A stretch of 64,000 nt of DNA from the NCBI GenBank assembly GCA_041659945.1, contig JBAZXH010000001.1:693364-757363 (forward strand). The letters run 5' to 3'. The notes under the pieces are model-generated. The model worked only from the letters and a program-made list of their open reading frames with translations, made no database searches and was not told the origin of the DNA. Made by a program: the position numbers and the translations under genes. Positions 55,114-64,000 of the stretch are shown piece after piece. How positions within the stretch are numbered: the stretch's first letter is position 1; every line of letters starts with the position of its first letter. This DNA comes from Candidatus Pacearchaeota archaeon. Lineage in GTDB: Archaea > Nanobdellota > Nanobdellia > Pacearchaeales > GW2011-AR1.

Positions 55114-55590
55114 ATGGCTATTGAAAAAGCAACATTTGCAGCAGGATGTTTTTGGCATGTTGAAGAGGAGTTTTTAAGGGTGCCAGGAGTTATTTCAACA
55201 GTTGTAGGATATAGTGGGGGAAATACTAAGAACCCTACATACAAACAGGTATCAAGTGGTGGAACTGGTCATACAGAGTCAATTCAAATTGAATTTAATA
55301 CGACTACAATATCCTATAAAGATCTTCTTGATGTTTTTTGGAGAATACATGACCCCACTTCCTTGAATAAGCAGGGTCTTGATATTGGAACAAATTATAG
55401 ATCTGTAATATTTTATCATAATTTAAAACAAAAGAATGATGCAATAGCCTCTAAAAATGCGCTTCAAAAGGAACTTGGAGATGAGAAGGTTGTAACAGAA
55501 ATATCTAAATTTGATAAATTTTGGCCTGCAGAAGAGTATCACCAGAAATACTTTCAAAAAAATGAGGAAGGGGTTTTTTGCAGTAGATAA
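55114..55590 (+). CDS. msrA: peptide-methionine (S)-S-oxide reductase
   Basis: GCFWHVE active-site motif. Confidence 0.9.
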   Translation: MAIEKATFAAGCFWHVEEEFLRVPGVISTVVGYSGGNTKNPTYKQVSSGGTGHTESIQIEFNTTTISYKDLLDVFWRIHDPTSLNKQGLDIGTNYRSVIFYHNLKQKNDAIASKNALQKELGDEKVVTEISKFDKFWPAEEYHQKYFQKNEEGVFCSR

Positions 55591-55591
55591 G

Positions 55592-55990
55592 ATGACTTTA
55601 AAAAAACTTATAAAACCCGATTTTGAATGGAAGAAGATTTTAGATCCTTTGCAATATCACATACTTAGAGAAGGTGGAACTGAGCAGGCCTTTAAAGGAG
55701 AATTTTTTAACAATAAGGCCAAAGGGACATATTCTTGTATTGCATGTGACAACTTACTTTTTTCTTATAAATCAAAATATGATTCTGGTACAGGGTGGCC
55801 TAGTTTTTTTGCTCCTATTTCAAAAGAAAGTTTGTTAATTAAACCAACTCTTCAGGGAATTGATGGCTCCGAAGTTTTATGTGCTAAATGTGAAGGACAC
55901 CATGGCCATGTTTTTCTTGATGGGCCAAAACCTACTGGTCTTAGGTTTTGTATGAATTCAATTGTATTAAAGTTTAATAAAGATGATTAG
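55592..55990 (+). CDS. msrB: peptide-methionine (R)-S-oxide reductase
   Basis: CIAC...CAKC zinc site, GWPSF, RFCMNS. ATG 1 nt after the msrA stop is preferred over the longer overlapping track ORF. Confidence 0.9.
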   Translation: MTLKKLIKPDFEWKKILDPLQYHILREGGTEQAFKGEFFNNKAKGTYSCIACDNLLFSYKSKYDSGTGWPSFFAPISKESLLIKPTLQGIDGSEVLCAKCEGHHGHVFLDGPKPTGLRFCMNSIVLKFNKDD

Positions 55991-56063
55991 AATTTAAAAT
56001 AGTTGTCTTATGATGGACTGCATGTATTCTAATAATTTATTGTACAATAATTAATAGTTTAAA

Positions 56064-56249
56064 ATGGGTGATAAGAATATAAAAATAAATTTAGGGTTGT
56101 GGATTTTTATAATTGTAATTGTTTTAACACTATTTATTTCATTTTCAATTTGGTTCTTTTATCAAAGTTCTTTTGATAACGCAGTACTTATATGTCAAAA
56201 TAATAGCAATAATAATGATACTTTATGTATGACATTACCTCTTGGTTGA
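56064..56249 (+). CDS. small membrane protein (61 aa)
   Basis: One hydrophobic helix LGLWIFIIVIVLTLFISFSIWFF. Confidence 0.35.
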   Translation: MGDKNIKINLGLWIFIIVIVLTLFISFSIWFFYQSSFDNAVLICQNNSNNNDTLCMTLPLG

Positions 56250-56341
56250 ATATAGCTATAGAGGATTTAATTTTAAAGTTGTATAAAAGAGTACAGCATT
56301 AGATTTTATATTTTATTTTTTTAGATTTATTGGAGGTAAAA

Positions 56342-56503
56342 ATGGACAAACTAAAATATGTAATATGTCTTGATGATTGCTTTAAAGTAGAAAGCACTAA
56401 TGAAAAAGAGCTTATTGAAATGGCTAAGCTACATGTAAAAATAGAACATCACGAAGAAATTACAAATGCTGAAGCAAAAAAGATGGTTAAATCTTGTGAT
56501 TAA
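56342..56503 (+). CDS. small DUF1059-like protein (53 aa)
   Basis: Hand-translated MDKLKYVICLDDCFKVESTNEKELIEMAKLHVKIEHHEEIT.... GGAGGT 6 nt upstream. Confidence 0.35.
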   Translation: MDKLKYVICLDDCFKVESTNEKELIEMAKLHVKIEHHEEITNAEAKKMVKSCD

Positions 56504-56525
56504 CTTTATTTAGAACGTTTAATTC

Positions 56526-58004
56526 TTAAAACTGATAATGTTCTATCTTTGGTTTACTAGCAATTTGTCTTTGGTTTGTTGTAGCTCTTTGTAACTTTTT
56601 TGCAAGTTCGTATTTTTTGCAAGTTTTAAGAATACTTTGATATCTTTCTAAAGAATTAGGATCTTCTCTAAATGTAAGATCATGAAAATCAACTTTAGGT
56701 TTAGGACCAAGTAAAAATCCATCAAACCGTTCTTGATAATACCCTAGAGAATTTGGGATCTGCATTTTTCTAAGGTCTGTTAGGGCTTCAACAACAGCAT
56801 CAGCAGCATCTTCATAGGGTATTGTACCTTTAATCTCTTCATAGAGAGCCATTACATCATGACCATAGTTTCCTAAGTCATGTATCATTTTTTCAATTAT
56901 GCTTTTGAATGCTATTTGAAGTCTTCCTTTTCCTCTTGAAATTTCTCTTAAGGATTTACCTCTGATTCTAATAACCTCTGGAACATACATGGGAGAAGCA
57001 TGTTCGCCTAAAATAGTTGCATCTATAGTATCTTGAGGTACACCTAACAAACCAGTTAGCCTACGAAAATCGGGTGAGCAGGTCACAATATGTTCTGGGT
57101 CTATACAAGACTGTAGTTCTCTTTGAGCTAAGCATTCAGGAGGATTAGAAACATTCATTATTACTGCATCAGATTTACCAAGAACATAAGGTAAAATAAT
57201 ATCATCTACTTTAGGTTGTGAATCTCTATATAATCCTCGGATCATTCGCCCTCTTTCTGTAGCTTTTCTAATTTTTTTTAAAATTCCTGGGTCGTATTTT
57301 GAACTAGCAAACACTAAAAAAGCAGGCTCTGATGCAAGCAGTCTTTCTATATTTGGATGACAAACCAACCGAGCATTATTTACCATTCCTTTTAACTTTC
57401 TATAACCCCCATAATTGACATATTTATCTTTATCATTCTCTCTAATACAATATTTTTGGTCTGATAAAGATTGACTAAACCAGTGTACTTCAAATCCCTC
57501 AGACAATAACTTTTTAACAACCTGTGATCCAACTACGCCTGCACCATTTACAGCAACAGGAAAATCAAGGTTAAGAACGCCTTCTTGCATTAAATGAGCC
57601 AACAGTGTTTTAGCATCATGTTCCATAGTTTCATATCCCCTTTCACCTGGTTTTAATAAAAGTCCTCTAAGTACTCTTTCGTTGAACATTCTTACAATTG
57701 ATTCAAGATTTCTAAAAAGAGAGTGATTAGCATTGAAAACGATTATTTGAGATTTTGACTTATTGCCTTCTTGATTGCCGGTATTTATTTGCTCTAAACG
57801 TTCTGCATCACAATTATCTTTTATAAGATCATAGTCAACTAAAACTGTTTGATAGGGTTCTTGTCTTCTAGACATAAAACTTTCAAAAGAGGGGAAATGG
57901 TCTATATCGCTAACTGGGAGAACTTGATTAATTACTTCCTCGAGGCGGTGTTCAGATTCAGGATCCTTACCTACTATTGCAAAGTTTGGAAAAGTTACTT
58001 TCAT
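56526..58004 (-). CDS. lactate/malate dehydrogenase-like Rossmann protein with an extra ~150-aa N-terminal alpha/beta domain
   Basis: AVNGAGVVGSQV dinucleotide motif, NVSNPPE (compare NPVD), PDFRRL, ILGEHASP (compare GEHG). The N-terminal domain has an acidic VLVDYDL strand. Confidence 0.45.
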   Translation of the reverse strand: MKVTFPNFAIVGKDPESEHRLEEVINQVLPVSDIDHFPSFESFMSRRQEPYQTVLVDYDLIKDNCDAERLEQINTGNQEGNKSKSQIIVFNANHSLFRNLESIVRMFNERVLRGLLLKPGERGYETMEHDAKTLLAHLMQEGVLNLDFPVAVNGAGVVGSQVVKKLLSEGFEVHWFSQSLSDQKYCIRENDKDKYVNYGGYRKLKGMVNNARLVCHPNIERLLASEPAFLVFASSKYDPGILKKIRKATERGRMIRGLYRDSQPKVDDIILPYVLGKSDAVIMNVSNPPECLAQRELQSCIDPEHIVTCSPDFRRLTGLLGVPQDTIDATILGEHASPMYVPEVIRIRGKSLREISRGKGRLQIAFKSIIEKMIHDLGNYGHDVMALYEEIKGTIPYEDAADAVVEALTDLRKMQIPNSLGYYQERFDGFLLGPKPKVDFHDLTFREDPNSLERYQSILKTCKKYELAKKLQRATTNQRQIASKPKIEHYQF

Positions 58005-58102
58005 GTAAATTAGCTATTTTTTATTAAAAATAGCTTAAGAAACAAATATTTAACTCTTTGTATAACAAAAATTAGAAGATCACTTAGTTTGAGTAGTTAA
58101 AA

Positions 58103-58861
58103 TTAAACCTTTGCTGACTTCCAAATAAGGTCGAAGTATTTTTTATAGGACTCGGCAATTTCTTTGTTTTTTATTTTTATAACTAATACTGGTTTACTAA
58201 ATATTAAAAGTAAAATAAAATCTTCACAAATGTTCGTTGAAACTGATGAGTCATACTTTTCGGGTAATGCCCTTGCTTCAGTAAACTTTAATTTGTTAAG
58301 ATAGCTTATCCTTTCTTGAGCATTTTTGTTATAAATATGTTTCATATGAATTTTATTTTTTATTCTTTCTTTATGAAACTCTTTTAAAAAACCCTCACCA
58401 AAGGTTTCAACGGCCTCTTTTGATGCACCATAAACAAAAATAGGATTTCTAAGTTTTAATAGATCTAAGAGAGCCTCTCTTGCAGCAAATGGTCCCTGTG
58501 AGATATTAATTGTTCCTGGATTATTTTCGTTTTGCTTTAAATTTGTAAGTTCTGGAAGGATTAGATCAAATTCGTGTTCTTTTTGTTTTATATAGTTCTT
58601 GATTTTATGAGGTTCAATTGCATTGAATATACGTTTATTGTCTTTTATTGTTTCGCTGAGAAATCCTTTTTCAATTAAAGTTCTTATGGAATCGTATGTA
58701 TTTGACCTATGAATCTTTGTTCTTTTGGATATTTCTAGGGCTGAAGAGTGGTTGTGGCTAATAAGGTCAAGATAAACAATTATTTCATTTTTACTCAGGC
58801 CGATTAATTCAAGTATTTCAACTATCTTATGCTTATCATTAAAACTTTCTGAATATGTCAT
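58103..58861 (-). CDS. TrmB family transcriptional regulator
   Basis: N-terminal wHTH LIGLSKNEIIVYLDLI...ISKRTKIHRSNTYDSIRTLIEKGF plus a TrmB C-terminal domain. Confidence 0.8.
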   Translation of the reverse strand: MTYSESFNDKHKIVEILELIGLSKNEIIVYLDLISHNHSSALEISKRTKIHRSNTYDSIRTLIEKGFLSETIKDNKRIFNAIEPHKIKNYIKQKEHEFDLILPELTNLKQNENNPGTINISQGPFAAREALLDLLKLRNPIFVYGASKEAVETFGEGFLKEFHKERIKNKIHMKHIYNKNAQERISYLNKLKFTEARALPEKYDSSVSTNICEDFILLLIFSKPVLVIKIKNKEIAESYKKYFDLIWKSAKV

Positions 58862-58917
58862 TTTTTGATTAACTTAAAGAGTATTAATTAAAAGTTCTAA
58901 GAATATTTAAAGTTTTG

Positions 58918-59061
58918 TTATCTTGCTTCTATTTGTTCGGGAACATCATTAAATTGCTTAAATCTTTTTCCTTCAGCAGGAATTTTAAGTTTTATCATAA
59001 ACTGCCCACAGCAAATGTCTTCTTCTTTAGATAAATATCCACAAATTTCACATTCATACAT
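58918..59061 (-). CDS. small CxxC zinc-ribbon-like ORF (47 aa)
   Basis: Hand-translated MYECEICGYLSKEEDICCGQFM.... Confidence 0.3.
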   Translation of the reverse strand: MYECEICGYLSKEEDICCGQFMIKLKIPAEGKRFKQFNDVPEQIEAR

Positions 59062-59231
59062 TTTAGCTCCTTTTATATGATTTAAAAGTTATTTAGTTGG
59101 TTATCATAACCTCATTTTTAGGTTATTAAGTTATAATTTAGAAACATTAAAAATAAGTGTAGTATTTTTTAAGACAAACAGGAGTTAAAAAAGCTGTATC
59201 TCAAGAGCTCAGTTTTGTTCATATTCTAAAC

Positions 59232-59605
59232 TTAGTGTTTATATCCTAATAGCTTGTCATAATCTTTATGGTCAAAAATATCCAAAACAAATGTAATTAT
59301 TTCAATTTCATTTCCAGTTATCATATACATCATTCTCCATCTATTTGCTAGCTCAATTCTCCATGTATTTTCACAAGCATATTTAGTTATATACTTATTA
59401 GGAATTCGTGATTTAGGTATTTGATCTCCTGCAAATGGGTTTATTTTTAATAAATCTTTAACGCGATTAATTGATCTTAAAAGTGTCTGATGAAATGAAC
59501 TGTCAATTTCTTTATTTTTTCTTCAGCAACAATTTTATTTAATTCTTCATATACTTCATTTGCTTCTTTAGACAAGAAGATTCTTACTTCTTTTCCTCTG
59601 AACAT
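59232..59605 (-). pseudogene. RelE/ParE-family toxin gene disrupted by a frameshift in an A-run
   Basis: Frame 1 gives MFRGKEVRIFLSKEANEVYEELNKIVAEEK then a stop. Adding one A to the gaagaaaaaat run gives ...NPFAGDQIP...TWRIELANRWRMMYMITGNEIEIITFVLDIFDHKDYDKLLGY, a typical RelE/ParE C-terminus. Length is 374 nt. Confidence 0.55.
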
Positions 59606-59606
59606 T

Positions 59607-59888
59607 TTAAATTTCTGTTCCCTCTTGGATTGCTTTTTTTAGTTTTGGATTTGTATTATATATCCATAGGATTCCTTTGTGGCTATCAATTATCATGCCC
59701 TTTTCTTCTAAATATAAAAGAATAAAATTTAAAGTTTGATGCATTATTTTTACTGGAAGTCTTCTCTTGAGTTCTTCCCGTGAAATTGCTGTTTCTGACT
59801 CTTTGATTATATTTTCAACCATTAGTACAGTTTTCAAACTAGGATAGTGTATTACCTGTTTGTTTTTTATTAAACTACATAAACTCAT
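59607..59888 (-). CDS. small winged-helix-like protein, putative antitoxin/regulator
   Basis: 93 aa. Its stop lies 1 nt before the RelE-like ATG. Confidence 0.4.
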   Translation of the reverse strand: MSLCSLIKNKQVIHYPSLKTVLMVENIIKESETAISREELKRRLPVKIMHQTLNFILLYLEEKGMIIDSHKGILWIYNTNPKLKKAIQEGTEI

Positions 59889-59926
59889 ATATTATTCTAT
59901 ATATACTTATATATAAATGTTTGGTT

Positions 59927-60670
59927 TTAGGCTTTTTTAGCAATTTTCCATAGTTCTTCAAAATATCTTTTTTGGTTTTCTGCCATTTGTTCACTTTCAA
60001 TAACTACTGCAAATGGTTCTTTTGTCCATAACTCTAAGGCAACTTTATTTTGATAAACCATGATTGCTGTCGGGGATTCTAGTTCTATTGGCATGAATCT
60101 ATATTCCATTAATTTCATGGTTTGTGGAATACTTTTTATCCTTTCTTTTGCCTGTTTTGTGTTATTATAAATGATTTTAATTTTGACTTTTCTTTTTATC
60201 CTTTCTTTGTGCCATTCTACTATAAATGCGGGAATTATTTCATAAGAAGATCTTGAACTTCCGTAGGAATAAAACTCTTTAACTCCAGATCTTATAATTT
60301 CATTCATCATTGTTTTCATACCCTCTTTTCCCTCATAAATTTCAACTTTCGGTCTTTTCAATCCCTTAGTTTTATAGATTTGTTCAAGTGAGGGCATGAT
60401 TAGTGAAACACTATTTTCTTTTTCTTTTATAATTCGAACTAATTCATTTGGGTCTGATGCCAGAAAGAATTTTTTACTGTTTTTTATTGAGTATGAAACT
60501 AGTCCTAGATCAATAAGCCTTTCAAGTATATCATAAATTAAAGTTCTTGGTAAATTGCTCTTTAGGGAAATGTCGTTTGCTGTTGCTTCACCTAATTCTA
60601 AGTTAGCAAGATAAACCTTTGATTCTTTTTCTGATAAGCCAAATTTTTGAAGTGCTTCTATGTTTTCCAT
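59927..60670 (-). CDS. TrmB family transcriptional regulator
   Basis: N-terminal wHTH GLSEKESKVYLANLELGEATANDISLKSNLPRTLIYDILERLIDLGLV. Confidence 0.8.
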   Translation of the reverse strand: MENIEALQKFGLSEKESKVYLANLELGEATANDISLKSNLPRTLIYDILERLIDLGLVSYSIKNSKKFFLASDPNELVRIIKEKENSVSLIMPSLEQIYKTKGLKRPKVEIYEGKEGMKTMMNEIIRSGVKEFYSYGSSRSSYEIIPAFIVEWHKERIKRKVKIKIIYNNTKQAKERIKSIPQTMKLMEYRFMPIELESPTAIMVYQNKVALELWTKEPFAVVIESEQMAENQKRYFEELWKIAKKA

Positions 60671-60780
60671 AGGCTAAGGATTCTTTTAGGTTATTTAAAC
60701 CTTTGTTTTGTCGTAAACTATTTACAGCATATGTTTAAATACTAGAGGGTTGAGGGGGATTAGTATGGAGTAAAAGGAAA

Positions 60781-62235
60781 ATGAGAGTAAACATAGTTGA
60801 TCCGGGTAGTGCTAGAGCAATTGTTGATAAAGAATCAGATGAAGGAAGTGTAATGGATGTTATTGGTTTAAGTAGTAGGGTTCATGAGCCTATAGGTGCT
60901 TGTTATGTTGCAAGAGACACAATGGATCGAGGAAATGAGGTTAATGTTATATTTCCAAAATCAGCTAATCTAAGTGTTGAAGAGGTGCTTAGAGATAATC
61001 CTCAAGTTGTAGCATTTTCTTCTTTAACATATAATTATCCCTTAGCACTTGAAGTCGCAAAAAGAACAAAGGACAGAAATAGTGGAATAATTACAGTTAT
61101 TGGAGGATATCATGCAACCTGTGTTCCAAAAGAGATAAGTACTGAACCAGCTTTTGATTATATTGTATCTAGAGAAGCAGATCATACTTTAGGAGATTTA
61201 GTTGAATTTTCTGAAGGTAAGCGAAAACAGGAAGAAATCAGAGGGCTTGTTTATATGGATGGACAGGTTTTTGTTGATAACTTTCAAAGATTAGATCCTA
61301 ATGAAAATCCTATTCCATTAAGAACTAAGGATATGGTAAAGGGAATGAAGAGACAAGGATTATATTATCCAGCTCCTTCTGATCAAAGATCTATAATTTT
61401 GTTAGTTGGTTCAAGAGGTTGTGATTATGCTTGTAAATTTTGTCTCTCTTCAGAAATGTTTCCTTCAGACAATTGTGGTAATAGAACAAGGTTTAGAAAC
61501 ATTGATAATATTCTTCAAGAAATAACTGAATGTCAACTTATGTTTGGAACAAATTATGGGTTTTTTGTTGATTTAAATTTTTATGGTGGAGATAAAGGAA
61601 GAATTGAAAAGTTATGTGGCGAAATTGCTAAAACGGGATTTAAATGGTACGCTATGAGTAGAGTTGATGTTGATCCAGAAATATTGTTTAATATGGGTCT
61701 TGGGGGTTGTACTGAAGTTGGTTTTGGTGTAGAGTCCTTAACAAAACCCTTGAAAAGTGGATTTAATGGAACTATGAGTGAATGGCAAGCTATGGTAAAA
61801 GAAAGAGTGAGATTGTTAAAAAATATGGGAGTATTAAGTAAAGGATATTTTATCTTAGGAGATCAAGGAGATAGCAAACAATCTCTTGAAGAAGAAAGAG
61901 AAGCAATATTAGACTCAGACTTTGATGAACTTAGACTTTCGTTTATGATGTATTCTCCTGGAACGCCTATCTTTGAAAGATTAAAAAGAGAAGGAAGATT
62001 TTTAACAGATGACTTGTCTAAATTTTCTACAGACTATCCAGTGATTAAAGTTGATGGTATGACTCCTGAAGATATGAATAGATTTAGAATTAGGGTCTAT
62101 AGAGATTATTATTCCTCTAGAAAATATGCAGATCAAGTAAGAGACATGATTTGTAGATTTCCACACCTTAGAAAATCTTATGCCGAATTTAATCAATTAT
62201 TAGTTAATTCTTTAGGACAAGGATTTTCAGATTAA
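60781..62235 (+). CDS. B12-binding-domain radical SAM protein
   Basis: N-terminal B12-binding-like VVAFSSLTYNYPLALEVAK...VIGGYHAT and the CDYACKFC (Cx3Cx2C) cluster. Confidence 0.75.
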   Translation: MRVNIVDPGSARAIVDKESDEGSVMDVIGLSSRVHEPIGACYVARDTMDRGNEVNVIFPKSANLSVEEVLRDNPQVVAFSSLTYNYPLALEVAKRTKDRNSGIITVIGGYHATCVPKEISTEPAFDYIVSREADHTLGDLVEFSEGKRKQEEIRGLVYMDGQVFVDNFQRLDPNENPIPLRTKDMVKGMKRQGLYYPAPSDQRSIILLVGSRGCDYACKFCLSSEMFPSDNCGNRTRFRNIDNILQEITECQLMFGTNYGFFVDLNFYGGDKGRIEKLCGEIAKTGFKWYAMSRVDVDPEILFNMGLGGCTEVGFGVESLTKPLKSGFNGTMSEWQAMVKERVRLLKNMGVLSKGYFILGDQGDSKQSLEEEREAILDSDFDELRLSFMMYSPGTPIFERLKREGRFLTDDLSKFSTDYPVIKVDGMTPEDMNRFRIRVYRDYYSSRKYADQVRDMICRFPHLRKSYAEFNQLLVNSLGQGFSD

Positions 62236-62236
62236 T

Positions 62237-64000
62237 TTATTTCTCTTTTCCTTCAATAATCTTCACATGTAACTCGTGCATTCTTTTTAGGAATTCTTGT
62301 TTATCTTCGATTTTTATTAGATCTGTGTGACCCTGAAGCATAAGATTTAGTGCAAATGGAGAAGGAAGCTGAGTTTCTCTTATTTTTATATTTATGAGAC
62401 CGTCCTTTATTTGTTTTAGAACAAATGTTGTATTTTCAATATCCATAACATCTTCCAGGACTTCACGCCTTGCTTCTTGCAATATTGGGAAGGTTTTTGA
62501 GACTTTTTTTACAGCATTCATAAGAAAATAACTTTTCATCTGTTGTCGCCCAACGCTTCGGTTTTCACCTTTATAATTTCTTAAAATCATTAGAGATCTT
62601 GTTGCACAATGTCTAAATCTTCTTGCAAGAATGTCTGTTCGTTCAATTGATTCTGTTAGAACTTCTTTTAGATTGTCTACTGTTAAGAATTCTAGAGCTT
62701 TTTCAAATGGTAGTTTTTCTCCTGCAAAATAAAAACCATTGTCATTAATTCCTACTTCTATATCTCTTCCTCCCGCATTACCCATTAAAAATCCAATTGA
62801 TCGTGAGAGAGCATCATTGACTCTTCTGCCATACATGCTATGAACTAGAAGATAGTTTTTTTCACCTTTATATTTTTCAATTAAGATTAGCTCTTTATTT
62901 GGAATCTCAGAGAATTTAAATTGTTCGTGAAAATAGCTGTAAATTGATTCGCTCACGGAATCATCAATGTGGAGATATTCTTTTATTGTTTCTTTTATTT
63001 CTTTTGGTTTTTTGTTTGATTTTAATTCTTTGTTTAATAAAGATCTAAGTTTATTTATTTCATTTGCAGAGTCAAAACTTAAGGGTAGCATTTCTGAAAA
63101 CCATGAGGGTATTGTTGGGTTTCTATTTATTGCAGGTTTAACATAGATATTCATTCCTCTTGTATAAAGGAAAACATATTTATGTCCGCCAAGAACAAAT
63201 ACATCACCTTTTTTCATACGTTCCATAAAACCCTCATCAATGACTCCTATTTTCTCTCCTGCCGGAGAGAGTTTGACTGTAATGTAGGATTCTTCGGGGA
63301 TTGTTCCGATGTTAGAAAAGTAAATTACTCTAGCCATTTTACCTTTTTTACCAATTTGATTTGTGGAAGAGTCATACCAGATTTTTGCATAAACATAATT
63401 CTTTTCCAAGTCGTATTCACCAGCTAGATAGCTTATCACATCATAAAAATCATTTTTTGAAAGTTCTGAATAGCAATAGCTCTTTTTTATTAGGTTAAAT
63501 AACTCGGTTATATCCCAAATTTTTGTTATGGCCATACCATAGATCTGTTGTGATAGAACATCGAGACAATTTTTTGGAAATCTTATTTTGTCAATTTTCT
63601 TTTCAATCATCTCTTTTTGAATAACTGCGCATTCTACTAGATCATCTCTATCCATAACAACAAATCTTCCCTTTGCAACTTCGTGTAGTTTATGACCTGC
63701 TCGTCCAATTCTTTGTAGTGCACGAGAACTTGCTTTTGGAGAGCCTAACATTATAACTAGATCAATGTAACCAATGTCAATGCCTAATTCTAAACTTGTA
63801 CTGCATACTACAACCTTTATTTCACCGTTTCTTAATCGTTCTTCAATATTAAATCTGTGAACTTTGCTTAGAGATGAGTGATGTGCTGCAATATTTTCTG
63901 AATATTCTGTTGGAAATTTTTCTTTTAAACGATTAACAACTCTTTCTGTTCCGGCTCGCGTATTTGTAAAGATTAGTGTTGTTTTGTGTTCTTTTACAAG
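62237..64000 (-). CDS. Lhr-like DEAD/DEAH-box helicase (partial; N-terminus beyond the window)
   Basis: The frame stays open to the window edge (…TLIFTNTRAGTE…VVVCSTSLELGIDIG…). Motif VI QRIGRAGH and a long Lhr-type C-terminal domain. Confidence 0.8.
   Translation of the reverse strand, partial: LVKEHKTTLIFTNTRAGTERVVNRLKEKFPTEYSENIAAHHSSLSKVHRFNIEERLRNGEIKVVVCSTSLELGIDIGYIDLVIMLGSPKASSRALQRIGRAGHKLHEVAKGRFVVMDRDDLVECAVIQKEMIEKKIDKIRFPKNCLDVLSQQIYGMAITKIWDITELFNLIKKSYCYSELSKNDFYDVISYLAGEYDLEKNYVYAKIWYDSSTNQIGKKGKMARVIYFSNIGTIPEESYITVKLSPAGEKIGVIDEGFMERMKKGDVFVLGGHKYVFLYTRGMNIYVKPAINRNPTIPSWFSEMLPLSFDSANEINKLRSLLNKELKSNKKPKEIKETIKEYLHIDDSVSESIYSYFHEQFKFSEIPNKELILIEKYKGEKNYLLVHSMYGRRVNDALSRSIGFLMGNAGGRDIEVGINDNGFYFAGEKLPFEKALEFLTVDNLKEVLTESIERTDILARRFRHCATRSLMILRNYKGENRSVGRQQMKSYFLMNAVKKVSKTFPILQEARREVLEDVMDIENTTFVLKQIKDGLINIKIRETQLPSPFALNLMLQGHTDLIKIEDKQEFLKRMHELHVKIIEGKEK

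Noticed and set aside
55511-55591. Upstream extension of msrB overlapping msrA by 80 nt.
   Set aside because: The internal ATG at 55592, 1 nt after the msrA stop, gives a normal-length MsrB. The extension has no MsrB similarity.
1-64000. CRISPR arrays, rRNA genes, reverse transcriptase/DGR, transposase-bearing IS elements.
   Set aside because: I saw no regularly spaced direct repeats, no rRNA-like GC-rich long non-coding stretches, no YxDD-type RT motif and no DDE or HUH transposase motif in any ORF.

Overview
AT-rich archaeal chromosome segment (roughly one-third G+C by eye, not computed), densely coded. Its backbone is the archaeal information-processing string rpoH-rpoB-rpoA-nusA-rps12-rps7-EF2-EF1alpha. 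The rest is housekeeping: NAD kinase, dCMP deaminase, dUTPase, RNase HII, DnaG, KsgA, TyrRS, MscL, MsrA/MsrB, an Lhr-type helicase, Lrp/TrmB regulators and an S-layer-like surface protein. The reduced gene set, fused rpoA, short leaders and many ORFans suggest a small-genome (DPANN-like) archaeon; this is inference only. Three tRNAs were found by hand folding: Lys-UUU, Met-CAU and Ser-GCU. No rRNA, CRISPR array or reverse transcriptase was seen.

The most striking window-scale feature is that about 35 ORFs with a different amino-acid and codon flavour (R/P/H/D/G/W-richer, mostly unrecognisable) sit singly or in twos and threes between K/I/N-rich housekeeping genes, even inside the normally contiguous RNAP/ribosomal/EF cluster.

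Best candidates for something new:
- A hinge-less SMC-head ATPase with a central Rad50-type CxxC hook, sitting behind a metallophosphoesterase-like protein whose metal ligands all appear substituted (35.0-39.2 kb).
- A 1.85-kb integrated-element remnant at tRNA-Ser, bounded by a 15-nt direct repeat, carrying a truncated integrase and a 411-aa Cys/His-rich ORFan (44.28-46.14 kb).
- A convergent pair of an HhH-GPD/Fe-S glycosylase-like gene and a PD-(D/E)xK nuclease next to tRNA-Met (41.2-43.2 kb).
- A divergent RelA/SpoT-like nucleotidyltransferase wedged between EF-2 and EF-1alpha.
- A roughly 120-nt GC-enriched double-hairpin candidate ncRNA (41.03-41.15 kb).

All functional calls come from motifs recognised by eye, and no searches were run. 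Hand-derived coordinates (tRNAs, repeats, small ORFs, promoters) may be off by 1-2 nt.
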